The notes under the pieces: generated by a model
The model's database searches: none
Told to the model about the DNA's origin: nothing
What the model saw: the letters and a program-made list of their open reading frames with translations, nothing else
Source of the DNA: Camelus ferus
Taxonomy: Eukaryota
DNA: 64,000 nucleotides
Assembly (NCBI RefSeq): GCF_009834535.1
Contig: NC_045696.1
Location: 106,890,001 to 106,954,000, forward strand
Direction: 5' to 3'
Position numbers and translations under genes: made by a program
Part shown: piece after piece, positions 39,576 to 53,465 of the stretch
Numbering within the stretch: the stretch's first letter is position 1
Layout of the letters: the number at the start of each line of letters is the position of its first letter

Positions 39576-41909
39576 TCTCTTAAAAACTGTATATTTAACA
39601 ACTCCTCCTTCCCCTGATTGATACTTGTGTGCACTAAAATTTGAGAATCACTACTCCAGAGACTTATGAAACCAGAAAATTGAGGGGGGAATAAAGGGAT
39701 GTAATATCCTCAAGGGAATAGACTGTATTTCTTACCACCTGAGGTGGTGATGAATTTCACTACTGCAGATATACACTGACCTCTCTGTTTCAGCTGAAGA
39801 TAAGAGGGATCGAGAGTCTCTTGGCTTGTAAGTGAGAGTGAAGATTTCACAGGGTGGAAGGTACCGCCTAGCAAAGAAGCTCCTCCTGACTGTCTCAGTT
39901 TCCATTCCAGAAGCCATCACACTGATGTGGGTTTCCATCTCCTCAACCTGAAACGCATGTTCATCGGGACAGATTTCAGCACCTCCCAGGTGTGGGTGCA
40001 TGTTTGTTTGCTTGTTGGTTGGATGAAGGATTGAATAAATGAATTAATTAAGCCAGTGAGACCAGGCTCTCAGAATAAGTCATTTGGATTCCACTCTGCT
40101 GAGGTTGGGTGAGGAAGTCAGTCATATTAACTTCTGGCCTTTGGAATCTCCCTAAGGGTCCCTGATGGTTCATCCATCATTCACTCTTTCCATCCAGCCC
40201 CATCCAAGGTAGACAACGACCCTCCATTCTCCATGACCTGGCGAATGCCACATCCTAAGGCAGGGGACCGGAGCTAAGAAATTTTCCTCTGACTGTCACT
40301 ACTCCAAGGACCCGGCATCCTGTCAAGGATTGGGATCAAGCTTGGTGTTGAAAAGAGCAAAGAGAACGACATAATTTAAAAATCAAAGAAATTCATTTTA
40401 GTAGTAAAAGGTTAACAGCCTTTAGGAGGAACGATTTTTAATCACCCTCGTCTAGACTCTATCACCGGAATCACCAGCCACCGAGTGAAATATGGCCCAA
40501 CTGCCGCCACCAAACAGCTCCTAAAGACTGCTGTGTTTAATCATGTCTGTGCACCACTTATGGATTTTCATTATGATTCCCGATGCTGTTGCGCGGGGTA
40601 AAATATTAATATCCATAGTAATGATGCATGAAGCTTGGAGTGTAATTTCTTCACTCTTCTTGTCTGATATTAAATTGTTACCACTTTATCATTTGTGTAG
40701 AACTGCACGTTTCAATTAATCTTTCCATATCAGCAGCCCTGATTAATATAGATCATGATTCATAAGCTTATCGTCACTATAGTTTTAACAGATCATTTAT
40801 AAAGATCTTAAATTTCAGGGTCTGGGAGGTGCAGCTGCTGTGTCCAATGTGCCTCTTTATTCTCTGTTTCAACAGTGCTGCTATACACCGGCTGTCATCT
40901 CATGTTGAATAATTAATTTCAGGAAACCAAATCTGCCCAAGTCAAAAAAAAAAAAAAAAAAGAATAATAATAAAACCAGAATGAGGGGACTGGCGATTGG
41001 CAGGGCACCGGGCAATGTTTGTTCACCTTCCCATGCCCAGCCCGGATGCCTCTGGTCTCTCATCGGTCGGAACTGCTGCTCTGGGGGTTGAACCACAGGT
41101 GTGTGGGGGCTCCTGCCGGCTGCAGTGGGCCGTCCCAGCCAGCACGGCCATCCCAGGACAGTTGTTGAGGTTTGATGGAGCGTTGGATAACTTCCCGGGC
41201 AGCTGCTGCGGCTCACATGAATCTACAGACCTCATCAGACCTGGCACTGTGCCTGGGGCCTTCCGCTCATCCTAGAATACAGTCTAAGTCGTGGGCTCAG
41301 GGCGGGATGTGGGTGAGCTGGGGAATTGGTGAGAGGTTTTCAAACATTTTTATAAACACCAAAACCACTCAGGGCTTGGGGTCTTTTATCAGAAGAGGCG
41401 ACTGAGCCTCAGAGAGGGTTCTTTGGTGCGCACAGACACAGTCCCCATTCGCTGGGAACCTGAGGAGCCGTTGCTGGGACCTTCCCACTGCCCTGCCTCT
41501 CAACCAGCCTCGCGCTGGAGCAGGTCCATGAGAAGAGCCCCCTTCTGTGAGCAGAAAAAAGGAGAGGAGATAAAGCAGAGCTTACCGGCTTTCTTGGGTC
41601 CACATTCAAAACTTACTTCCTATGGCTCAAAAGTCTCAAAAGGCTTCAGGTACTCAGGAAATCAACTGGAATTAAAAGTAACAGTAACCACCACACTATT
41701 CCAGTGACTCGTGATGGGGCTGGTAACTAAAATGGCAACGTCTTGCTGACTTAAAAATTTGAATATTTTGTTTCAACTTCAATCAAATCAGACGATTTAA
41801 AAAAACTGTTTCTAAGTAAACTTGTGCTCGCTCTTCTATTTGTTCAAATTTGTACATCTTCTACTGTATACCTTCTCCATGACAGTATGCTGGCTGTAAG
41901 TCTGGGCCC

Positions 41910-42250
41910 TACGTCTTAGTTTGGGTTTCCCCCAAAGCAGACTCCGAGACAAGAATTCAAGAGTTTATTTGGGAGCTGATGCTACGAAGCATCATCCAGG
42001 GAATGAGGAAGGAAGGTAGGGCTGCCTGGGAGCCATTTCTCTATCAAGCCCCCGTCTATTCTTGGAGGGGCTGATTTCTGAAGTATTGACTCTCCCACAC
42101 CCACTCCTGACTTGCCCCGTGGGTAAGCAGGATGAGTCCCACAGTCAGAAATAAAAGCTCTCGGAAGGAAAGGTGCCATCTTCCCAGCAAGCAGGCTTGA
42201 CAGGTAGAGGTTGAGGGCCAAGAGAAAAATGACCAGAGCCAACAGCATTT
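41910..42250 (-). mobile_element. ERVL LTR16-like fragment
   Basis: gtcttagtttgggtttcccccaaagcagactccgagacaagaattcaagagtttatttgggag. Confidence 0.55.
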
Positions 42251-42914
42251 CCTACAGCCGGCCTCTAATCCCATGCATTTGTTCACTCATTAATTCAAAA
42301 AGTGTTCAGAAATGTCTTCTTATCCAACACTCTCCAGACAGGACACAGTGGTTACTGAGAAAGTCCACTAATGCTGTGAAGCTTTTAAAAAAAAGTTACA
42401 CGAACACATCTTACCTATTTTATTTTAACTAAAACACGTAAATATGTATTTAATCATTATTTTGATGTGGATCCAAGATCTTCTCTTGTGAAGTACCACC
42501 TTCTTTTCTTGTATACACCACACCCATGGAAAGGCATTCCACCCCCTTTTCTATTTTCAGTGTCTATAAAGTACAGCAGGAACTTGAAGTCATTTTTGAA
42601 ACAATCTAAGTGTGGAAACTCTCCAGATGTTTATGATCCCCCTGCCCCGTCTTTGAGAGTGGTTTTTCCCATATCTAATTCCACAGCTATTTTTTAGTGG
42701 CTCACCTTTTATTGAGTCCAAAGCATTCAATTTAATGTTCAAAGAAGCAACAATTCTTCTTTTCACACTTATCATCAGTTTATGTAACATTTAATTCAAT
42801 TTCATGGTTACAATAATAAGCACAACTGTCACACACAGATTTATGAACAAAGACAATTAACACTTGAAAAGGTATGCCTGACTGGTGGATGCCCAGACAT
42901 GAGAGCCTCCTGTC

Positions 42915-43100
42915 GGTGAGCACTATTACTGCATGCCAAGCAAGTCTACAGGATTAACTCTTATGAGCCTCCTGACAACCCAGAGTGCGGGACTGTTGTC
43001 ATATCCACTTTCCAGAAGTTTCCAAGCCATGCTTGCTCAGGGACCCATGGCTGGTGAGTGGCAGAGCTCTCTAACTCAGGGAGTCACATGGTGACATGAG
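42915..43100 (-). mobile_element. MIR fragment
   Basis: gagcactattactgcatgcc...cctcctgacaacccagag...ttgctcagggacccatggctggtgagtggcagagc. Confidence 0.7.
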
Positions 43101-43140
43101 CCACAGTGTCATACTGCCCTGTCTGGAGAGTGGCCTTTAG

Positions 43141-43270
43141 CAGGGTTACCATGATTTATCTTCCACACTAGGACACTTCGGAAAGTGAGAGGGTCCATTC
43201 TTAAGGGTTTGGTACCCAAACCACAGTGGTAAAACGGCACAGTCCTGAGTCAGAACATCTGACTGTTAAC
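43141..43270 (+). mobile_element. MER94-like hAT-Blackjack DNA transposon
   Basis: agggttaccatgatttatcttccacactaggacacttcggaaagtgagaggg resembles the MER94 5' end. Confidence 0.6.
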
Positions 43271-43844
43271 ATGTGTGTTCGTTGTGCCATGGCTCTGGCC
43301 AGACCTAAGTGAGTGTTAGCTGTGTGTGTGGCGGGGAAGAGGGGGAACTTGCGTGGGGACCGGTTAAGGGAGCTTTGATGGGTGGGGGATGGGGGAGCAG
43401 AGAAGGAGGGGGCCACACGAGGCTTACAAATCAAGTGGAAATAAAGCACGTGACACCTTAGTTATATTATAAGGTACCACAAGTGTCTGTAATATAAGGG
43501 TGTCAAGAAATGTGTGAACTAAAAAGTGTTATGAGTGTTCAGAGGAAGCAGTGCATCTTTTCAACTCAGGAATCAAGGAAGCCTTTATAGAGAACGTGGC
43601 ATTTCAGCTGGCCATGAACATGGGTAGGATGTTGAGCTGCAAAGGAAAAGAGGGGATGTTCCAAGTGGATGGAAAAAAGCAAAGGCAAAGAGGTAAGAAG
43701 CCACGAGTGTTAATGAACGTTACAGGATGTTAAGTGATTTTGTTTGCCTGCCCAGAGGAGGGTGACTGAACATTGGGCAGTATGAGCAGGACTGGTGGTT
43801 GCAGCCAGGTTACAAGCTGAAGTTCAGACTGATTTGGTGGCAAG

Positions 43845-44075
43845 TAGTGAACTGGAGGATGACACAGAGTGCACACCCTGAAGCCAGGCTGCCTGGGTTT
43901 CAATTCCTCCCTTTACCCTGTGACCTGAGACCAGCCACGTCTTGGGGTCTAAGTTGCCCCATTTGTAACTTTGGGATAATAATGGTACCTACCTTCTTGT
44001 GCAAAGTAAATTAGTTTATACATCTGTAAAAAGCCAAGAACGGTGCACAGGATCAAGGCTTTGCAGGTAACAGCT
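43845..44075 (+). mobile_element. MIR SINE
   Basis: ctgaagccaggctgcctgggtttcaattcc...ctgtgacctga...cccatttgtaactttgggataataatggtacctacc. Confidence 0.8.
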
Positions 44076-46956
44076 ATCATCACAAGGACAAAAGTTGAGA
44101 TTTAGGCAGGTTGAGCTGGGGGCAGAGAGGAGGGAGGCTGGCAAAGGGAAGAGAGGAGCAGAGTGATGCACTGAACTGGTGGGGAGACGGGGAGATAGAG
44201 AATGGCTCACATCCACTGGGGGATTTTGAACCTTCTCCTTCCCCAGACCCACCCCTTCTGCCTGCTTAGCCTCCAGGTTCTGTGCCTGCCTCCCGGGCAG
44301 CCTATGGCAGGTGGCCCATCGGGGACCCTTCCACATGATGCTTCTTCCCCTAACAGGGATTTCCACCCACTACTGCTCACTTACACTCTCACACTTCCAA
44401 GAAAACAGATATCAGGCTGCCACAGTAATTCTTCAGTAGAGAGCCTTCCTTCCGGGAGCCTCCCCTCGGAATTCCACACCACAGAGTTCAACCTCATGAG
44501 TGTTTTACAAGTCCAACACCTTCTTCTACTGAATGTCAACGTTGCCCTGTTTACGTTTATGTCTTCAGTGCTCAGCACAGTGCTTGAAAGAGAGTGGCTG
44601 GTCTGGGAATGTTTGTGAGTGAACAGACAAGTGAGCCAGTGAATGTGGGCTCTCTCTTCCTCCCTCCCCGCTTCTCTCTTTGTTCAACAAAATGATCTAG
44701 ATGGAAGACATAGAGAAAAGTCTGATACCTAACAATGACTCAGTAAGTGGTGGCTAGAATGTATTCTGTGGCACTACTCACAGCTGGCCTTGCTCAGGAC
44801 CCAGTGTGGGTGCAGGGAGAGAGGGCGTGACCAGGGAGCAGGGCCTGAGCCCTCTTCCTGGGGGAGCTCACTGCTCAGTCCAGAGGAGAGACCTGGTTCA
44901 TGTATATCTAATCAAATTGATCGAGTCTTTAAATCCATCCGATTTGGGATCAGTGGAGGTTAACAAATCTGTTGGTAATTGATGGCTGTGTCCTACACCA
45001 GCTCTGCACCGAAACTTTTACTTCTCAGTACCGAAACTTTTACTTCTCAGTTAGCCATCCATGCCTATAGTGCTGGCCTCACAAGGTGGAATAGGGCCAG
45101 CTGGGCCCCAGGGTTGCTCCCCACCCCACCACCATTCTCCTGCCCCTGAGAATCAGTTACCTGGACACACTGCTTTGTGATCGTATTACAGTCTTCACCA
45201 GACTAATCAGGTTGTGGAGACCACCTCAGATGCCCCTCACCGTCTCGCAGCAGCATGACCACCACCTTGGGAATAATAGAACTGCTTTAAGAATTGCCTA
45301 GTTCATTTATAAAATGGGAGAAGTGATATCTGTATCTAATTTACAGGTCTGGCAAATAAGCTGATTAGATAGCTAGAGTTTTGCTGGGTTCTCGCAAAGT
45401 AAAGCATTACAAAAGTAACCTCAGATGTTGAAATTGTGCTTCAGAGCAACATCCTAAAAGCTCTCCCTTCTTTGGCCACACCCCTCAGAGGGGGAGACTG
45501 CAGCTTTCATTAGTTAATATTTTACTAATCCAGTAGTGCCAACACCAAATTAGTAAAAATTCTGAATTCTACAAGTTTAGGAAAGAAAGCCAATGTTATT
45601 GTTTAAATGCAGACTAAAGGAGCTAAGAAAGAGAGTGATGCAAGAACAAGAAGTGTACGATGTGATTTGGGTTTGGGGATCCCTGAGGTCTCAATTCCAG
45701 CCTCCTCCTCTGGGCCTCCACTCCTCATCGTGCGAGAAAAATGGACGAGGTTGTCCTGAGGTTCTCCTGCCTGTGTGATCAGGAGAGTAGTTCTTGCTTT
45801 GCAAATGTGTTGGGAAACTGGGAGGGTTTTTTTTTTTTTTTTAATCCTTGTTTCAATTTATGTGCTTAAGTAAATTAAGCGTTCATTTGAGGTTTGATCA
45901 CACTATTGTTTGCTTGATAAATCCAACCTTTTTTCATGGAAAAGTATTTCTGGACTTTAACCTGCCTGACTCATCAGACATCATAGAGCCCACAGCCCAT
46001 GACTGTGACATGCAAGTGCCTACTGATGTTCAAAGCATCAGTCCAGGGTTCTTATCCCTGGGCTACCCCTGGCCTCCCACTGATCACATCTCTGTCCAAC
46101 TCTCAAGGTTACCTGACTCCATATTTATATTTGGACTTTCTCTTATGCATTAGAGGTAAGACACTGGCTGTATTATGACATTATGGCCAGAGTCCTAGGA
46201 ACACTGAAACCCTGCCCTGCCTTTCCACACTGCCACAGGGACAGAACAGGAATCATGGTACCTCCTTATTAACAACTGAGTCAGCACCAGTACTGCTAAA
46301 TGCAAGTCTCCTTTGTGAAGCTAAGCTGAAGAGAGCAGCTTATTGGCTGGAGAAATGGGAGGAGAGAGAGATGCATCAAGATCAAGATGGGCCTTGGATC
46401 CCCTACCCTACCAACAACTCAGATGCAAAGGGTAGACTCACAGGAGTGGCTGGCTTGCCCATGCAAGCCCTGCTGTGATCTGAGAAAAGGCTGGCCATGG
46501 GCACTGGCCTTTGAAACACAGTAATCCCACCCACCAGAAAACAGTCCAATCACATATACTGAACTGACCTGCCAGCTTAGCAATTTCTTCTCTCTAGCGG
46601 GGAAACTTGAAAAACAATGAGCCAAGGGGCAGAAGGTGGAAGAGGATGGAAGAGTCCCTTCCCTCCACATTCCTCAGTGTTCGTGTTTGAGGGTCTGTTT
46701 TCTCTAAGAGACTTTAACTGGCTCCTCCCTCTGACTCTCAGAACCTCCAGTCAGAGCCTTCTTCCTGCTTCCCACGAGCCCCCTTGGTTGGTGCCCTAGC
46801 TGGGTCAACCCCAAGCACTAAGGTTGTTTTACCTCTTAATCCTCAAGCTTCAAGATATGTAACATAAAAGTAAAGATTCCTTGGTGCCTAAGAAAAGGAT
46901 TTTAAGAGAGGCTTAATAGCTCCATATGACTTTGGGAAAATTTAACCACAAGTGAA

Positions 46957-46979
46957 GTGTGTGTGTGTGTGTGTGTGTG
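46957..46979. repeat. (GT)n microsatellite
   Basis: Seen directly. Confidence 0.95.
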
Positions 46980-48244
46980 GAAAGGGAGGGGATATTTACT
47001 TTTTAAAAATGAGAGTATCACTTGACACAAATAAGAGCACTACAGACATCATGAAAGTTTCATGACTGAGAGAACAGTTCTCATTTGTTTTCAATGCCCT
47101 GGGATAAATCGGAGCCAGTTTATCTACATCCCAGGCAGGTCTGAATTTCTTCACCCTCTCTCCTCCTACTTAAAAGATACCCAACCTCAAGCCCATCAAA
47201 CTCCAGACCATTTGGGTCTTTTAGAGTTATAATTTTGCTTCTTTATGTCTTTATTGCTCCTTTGATAGAGAAATTGAAAAAAAAAGGAAAAAGATATGAA
47301 GGAGAACAACAAAAAGCTATAATTATGAAGATTCAATTTAATTTTAAAGCTTGTGGACAGAAAAGAAGAAGCCAGAAAAGAAGGAACCAAATTAATTGAG
47401 CAGGGAAGCATTGCATGAAATATTGTTGAAGTTTAATAACCATGCAAAGACAGATGATATGTGTGGAAAAATTAGTTGTAGAACCTCATAATAGTCTATT
47501 AATATTTCCTACAGGCGCAAAACCCTTTCCTGAATAATTGTGACAAAGTAATCTTTTGAAAGAGAGAGAGTTGAAAAAAGAATCTTCAAAAGGAGACGGT
47601 GACGAGGAAGGTGCTAGAAAGAGAAGGAGATCCTGCATCAGCCGAGGAATCTGAGGGTGTGTTTGATAAAACTCACCATAGCCACCAGACAGGGAGATAA
47701 AGCTCACAAATGATCAGAAGCTGTGTGGAGGGCAGAAACACACAGGCACCTCTGCACGGTAAAGAGCTGCAAAAACAAATAGCATGGTTTTTAGACATAT
47801 TTGTCTTGATGAAAATTACTTAGCATTATTGCCCATGAGGTCAAATTATTGAGTTCTCAACTATGCAGATGAAAACACTGAGATGCGCCACAGTGGAGTG
47901 ACTGGTCTTAGGGGTCCCCAGGAGATGCAGGTAGAGAGGAAAAAGGGAGGAGGACCCTGTCTCGGACAGTGGGCAGTGTGATGGGCCTGGATGCCTCCCT
48001 TTGGTCTAGAGAAATGGAATGGCTTCTTGTGGCTTGGTCTTCCCTGCAGGGGCCGAATCCTGCGTCTGACTGACAAAGTCTGAGCTCCCAAGAGTCAAGC
48101 ATCTGAGGTCCTCTGTGCTGATCTAACAGTAAGGGTAGTTATTCTGTACACCCAAATTCCAGAGATTATTGTCCTGCTGGGGACTCAGTAATACTCCTTG
48201 ATTGAATTGGGGTCAGTCTGGGGAAGGAGAAGAAGAAAATCCCA

Positions 48245-48810
48245 GTGGATGGGGAAATAGACTCCACCCCTTGATGGAAGGAGCTACTAAGCCCCAGGGA
48301 GGAGTGAAAGATCATGGCCCCGTCTGCAGTCAGCCACAACCTCCCTGGCCAAACCGGGGGGCATGTGCCCAGGCGGGGCTCATCATGGCAGCTTCCTCCC
48401 CTACTCCCAGTCTCATTTTCTTGACTCAGGAATGGACATTTGATAACTGCTGTGCTAATCAGGTAGCTTGCCTAGGACTTTTCTCTTTGGGGTCAGAGAG
48501 CCCCAAGTATCAGTCTGCCTCTAATGGGAAAAATATGAGACTAGAGCCATTAGCCATGTGTTACCTGCCCGACAAGCCTACCTTAAAAGTAGAAGAATCT
48601 GTCATCAATTAGCAAGAAGAAACTCAATGTTACAAAGAAGCAGAGGCAAAACAAAAAAGTGTTCTAAGGATGAGACGATCTGCTGGTTGGATTCCTTGAG
48701 ACCCAGGGCCCCCCTCCCTTCTCCATGATTACCAAGCCTTCTAATCAGTTGCCTTTCTGAGCCAGGCTAGACTCTGCCACTTACAACCAAGAGTGTTCTG
48801 CCAACATGAG
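48245..48810. mobile_element. Degraded MaLR/ERVL LTR fragments
   Basis: ggggaaatagactccaccccttgatggaaggagc (MLT1-like) and ctctgccacttacaaccaagagtgttctg (LTR end-like). Confidence 0.45.
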
Positions 48811-48949
48811 GCACAGTATCTTAGAGGAGGCAAAAGCCATGTCCAGCAGAGGGAAGGCCAATCACATGGGAAAGGAAGAGGATGAGCCAGGGAGGCACAG
48901 AATTTGGACAGGTGGTGGCTTGAGGAAGAAAATTTCAAGACAAGAAAGA

Positions 48950-49430
48950 ACAAGAGCAAATTAACAGAGATGAGTAAATGATACCTATGTCTGAAGCATG
49001 TGAACTACTTTTCTGAAGCTTAGGTTTTAGAGGAGGAAGAGAGAAAGATGAGCCTGGAAAAGCAGTTGGCTCAGATTCTGGAGGGTCTTAATGCTGTAAT
49101 AAGGAATTTGAGATTTTTGAGCAGGGAACATCATTGTCAAGGAAGAGTTTGGGGCAGATCAGTCTGATGATAGCTGGTGTGATGGACGTGAAGGATAAAA
49201 GCCAGGGACAAAAAGGCCTAGAACTGGGACTAGAGAAAGGGGTGAGGAAGGGATGGAACAAGGGACATGCAAGAGGGAAAAAAGAAAAGGCCAGGACTTG
49301 TAGGATGAGATGAACAGCATCTTGCCAAGGGTCAGAAAGCCAAGCATTTAATTGGAGTTGGGGGATGCTGACGATGGCAGAAGAACTTACACGAGAGTTC
49401 AGCAGGAACTTGGGGAAGAGACTGGGGTGA
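48950..49430 (-). mobile_element. L2 fragment
   Basis: ctcagattctggagggtcttaatgctgtaataaggaatttgagatttttgagcagggaa. Confidence 0.5.
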
Positions 49431-51699
49431 GTTGGGTGTTTGGTAGTTATCAAGTCAGTTAGCAAGTACCAGTGAAGAACCTTCTATGTGTTCCTCCTGG
49501 GAGGCTGCCAGGAACCTTGAATGTCTCAAAGACTCAGATTCTGATGAAGACAGTTGGAGCACTGGGGGCAAAACTGATCTACAAGGAAGGCGTCCCTTCT
49601 ATCCTCACAAGCATGGCTTGACGTATGGGGAGGGGTGGTTTCAGTTCTACATAAATGACTGAGAAAGAGATAAACAGCCTTCCAGTAGCCCCAAGGCCTT
49701 GTGACCATAAACCCAGGACCTTCCCACTGGTTAATGCTCTCTCTCCTGCCTGCATCTCCCTTTCCTTTTGCTTCCAACTTGCAATTAATTTGTGGCTGCT
49801 GTTGTCCGCACAATCAGGGAAAATTCAACGTTTGCTTTCATCAACTCAGGAGCCACACTCATATCAGAAGACTATTACAAAAATCTTTAATACCTCCACC
49901 CAGACCCATGGTAGCGGTATGAAGGAAATCCTTTGGCGGGAAGGGAAGACCATGTTTCACTAAGATTTAGAACCGAGCACTGCCTCTTAACAAGATTTCT
50001 GTTGGCACTCCCAGCCCAGGATGGAACAGATCCCCAGAGCAACCGGATGTCCACTGGGAGCCGCCTGCCTGGGAGAGGTGGAGGGGCGAGGAGGCAGGCG
50101 GGGTACCACAGCCACGCAGGCCGGGCAGAAATGGAATTCTTGGCTTTCATGTCCCTTTTGCCTGCCTATTTTCATCTTTCTAGAACAGCCCCTTCCCTGT
50201 CCTTCCCAATTCCCCATTTTCTTTTCTTTTTTCCTTTCTTTAAATGCAGTCTAATCCTGAGTCTGAACTGATGTAGTTTGTGTGTTCGGGGGAAAAAAAT
50301 CTCTCTCTTTTTCTGCCTTTTTTTTTCCTTCTTCTTCCCCTGGCCCAGTTCATTATTTTTCTTTCTTGTCACTCAGTGTGATAGGTTGAACAGAAGTGCA
50401 CAGATGAGCACTGAAAACGGTGTCACAAGGCCTTAATCTAGTCTTTAATGCCTGACTTCAGAGATGCCATTTATCTTCTAACTGCAGCAGGCATCCACCA
50501 ACTTTATCTCTAATAATATATTGATGGATTAAAAGGGTCGGGCAGGAGACCGGGCTGGAAAAATTGCTTATTGACATCAAAATACAGTGCCCTCAACCTG
50601 ATAAACATGGAGGGCTCGTGTATCTCCCAGAATAGTTGGCGTCGCTATAATTTTTTTTTTCTAGCATGTTTCCCCCAGGTTCATGGGGTGGTCCAGTGAA
50701 ATAAACAAATACGAACATTATTTCTATGCTGACATGGCCGGGGAACCCAGGAGATATTTTAGGAACACATTTTTAATGTCAGGTTTATAAATAGACCTCC
50801 CTTATTTATGACACGTTATAGCATCTACTCTGACAACTTGAAACAGGCACCTATAGTCTTGGCAGCTTTCAAATATTCTCTGTGCCATTCGTCGGAGCCA
50901 AAGCTCCCGCGAGCACCTGATTATGCTTTTGGACGGCCAGGAACGCTAGGCTATTTCAGCAGAGAGATGAGGCCAGTAATCTCAGAATGTAAATGAAGAG
51001 AGCCTTTGGAAAGGTTTCCTTTGTTTATTGTTCTCTTCACTTCATTTTTTGCTTGGCAGCAGCGTGTTTCAAACCATGGTCCCCCTTTCCCTGCATCGAC
51101 TGTGTCTCCACAAGTCAGTTTTAGAATCAACCAAAACATAATTCTAGCCTTCTAATTTCTACTTTGTGGTTAGTTCCTAAATTGAGTCTTCTCAAAATTA
51201 CCTGTTGTGGGACTGAATTTTGTCTAACTTTTTTTTGACCTTAGAAGTTAGTTTGCAGGTAAATATACTCTCCCCAGGGAATTATTGATTTTTAATTTTA
51301 TAAGCAGTAATACTGTTGACTTTCACCTGATTTTCAAATGAAATTGACTTCTGCTCAACTTCCTCTGTTTGGAAAGCAAGCTCTGAAAATACCTTCTCAG
51401 CACTGTGTTAAAAAGAGGGAGGTGACCTTACTTTAGTTGTTTTTTTTTTTAATTGCTTCATAATATTATTTCTTCTGAGTACAAACGTAATGTGATAATG
51501 GTTGGCCGGCAAACTTGCTTTTATAGGGATTTGCAGAAGTGACATGTTATTGCAGCATTTTGTAAATTTTGTAGGAAATGTCTTTACATTGTGCTCTGGC
51601 TGGTGACGAGAGCTCTGTATTCAGAGCCAGGATCCTGCATGTCAGTGTCCAGAGACTAGAAGTGCATCCGGAGGAAATTCTTCACAGTCCTGAATGCCC

Positions 51700-51915
51700 A
51701 TGCAGACCTGTGGCCGGGCTAACTGTTGCCTACTGGCTACAGCTGTACGAGGTACTGAACCTCTCTTGTGGCAGTCTCCCCATCTTCAAAATAGAGATGA
51801 TAATTGTATCTATTTCCTGGAGCATTGTGAGTATTAAATGTGTTCATATATGTATAATAAAGTGGTTACAATAATGTCTGAAACACAGCGAATGCTTTAT
51901 AAATCTTACTACTAC
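51700..51915 (+). mobile_element. MIR SINE
   Basis: tactgaacctctc...catcttcaaaatagagatgataat...ttgtgagtattaaatg. Confidence 0.7.
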
Positions 51916-53334
51916 TATTATCCTCATCTTTAAAATTATTAGATTTGGCATGACATCTCTTCCCAAAGGAAGGATGACTTGAGATACAGCTCAGAAAGAA
52001 GGGTTTCCTCTAAGAGAAGACGTGATGGAGTGAGGAAGAAGGCAACTTCAGAGGCCAAGGAGGATGCCAAAGTGAGACAACACGAAGGCTGGCAAAAATC
52101 CTAACAGTTTTCAGCTATTGGATGCAAAGCTCTGATCAACAGATAAGAAAAAAGTAAGCACTAATGTGTGCCTTTTTGAAACCAGGCATCAAGGTCCCTG
52201 ACCCCTTCCTATGAGGTTTCCCGGCTGGCCTGGGAAAATAGAGGAGTAGGGGAGTTGTTGCATAAAACCACACTACTAAAATGAGGGCCTTTAAGTTGAC
52301 AGATTCTGGAACAAGTTGAGAAAAAAAGATTGAATTTGGCAAGTAGAATGGAGCCCATCCCAGAATGACCTGTCAATCCTCCCTGAATGCTTTGGAACAG
52401 ACCCCGTATCTAAGAAACATTCTCTGTATTAAGACTGCTGCAATTAGCAGCGGTAGGTTGGCTACATGGACAGAATTCAAAATGCGGAATATAAAAGCTA
52501 AGACTCCAAAACGAATCACTTAAAGGCTCCTCTACACAGAAACATTCAAAGGAAGATTAAGGATCAATGTGACTGAAGTACCAAAGCTGAACTGGGACTG
52601 AAAATAATAATAGACACAATTTACAGGGCATTGACCACACACCAGGATTGAGTCCAGGTCTGTCTCACTTTAAAGCCATGCTCTAAATTTCCAACATTTC
52701 CATTCTAAACCACATCCAAGCTCTGACTGCAAGAAGGAAGGGGAAGACAGTAGGGTTCCCAGAGTTCTGAGCTGCAGAGTTTTACCAGCAAGGGAGGAGG
52801 GAACTCAAAGTCTCATGTACCTACTGTTCAACCTTTTACATATATCTCCACCCAGGAAGACAACCTTGGGCCCAACCTTAAAATCCATCTGGAGATTTAC
52901 TCCTTCCTCCTCTGTCTTCAATTGCTCTGGGGATAAAGAATTCATCAATTCTTGGTGCTGTCATCAAATGGGGTCAGCCTAAGGTAAGACAATAAATAGA
53001 GGACCCGTGACCTAGAAACCCTGTGAAAATATGAAAGGGTCCACCCACCCCCCTGACTCCCAGTTTTCACAGAAGACAGCCTTCTTGCAACTTCTGTTGA
53101 AATTCAATTTTCAATATTTATGAAGTTCAGCAGTTACACATTTGTCCAACAATTTAATTTGTATGATTTGCTCTCCAGTTGGTGAAAATCAAACAGGAAA
53201 GTAAAGAGAAGTAAAAATTCAAGTTCATTCCAAGGTGGGTTTCATTCTCATGGTCCAAAGAGAAACCACCGTGGGAGTTGGTAAACCAGGCACCAAGTGT
53301 TGCCCTGCATTGATTTTCACACCACAACTCAGTA

Positions 53335-53465
53335 AAACAGGGATTATTATGAGGAAACTAAAGCTCAGAAAGGGCGTGTGACTTGCCCAAGGTCATACAA
53401 CAAGTAAAGAGCAAGATGCAAACCCGAGCTTCTCCGATTGTGAAGTCCAACATTTCTAACCACTT
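53335..53465 (-). mobile_element. MIR fragment
   Basis: atgaggaaactaaagctcagaaagggcgtgtgacttgcccaaggtcatacaacaagtaa. Confidence 0.85.

Noticed and set aside
40881..41405. Overlapping GC-rich ORFs
   Set aside because: No recognisable protein similarity; openness is explained by GC content.
41824..41832. gtgctcgct matching the U6 5' end
   Set aside because: Only 9 nt with no TSD; expected by chance.
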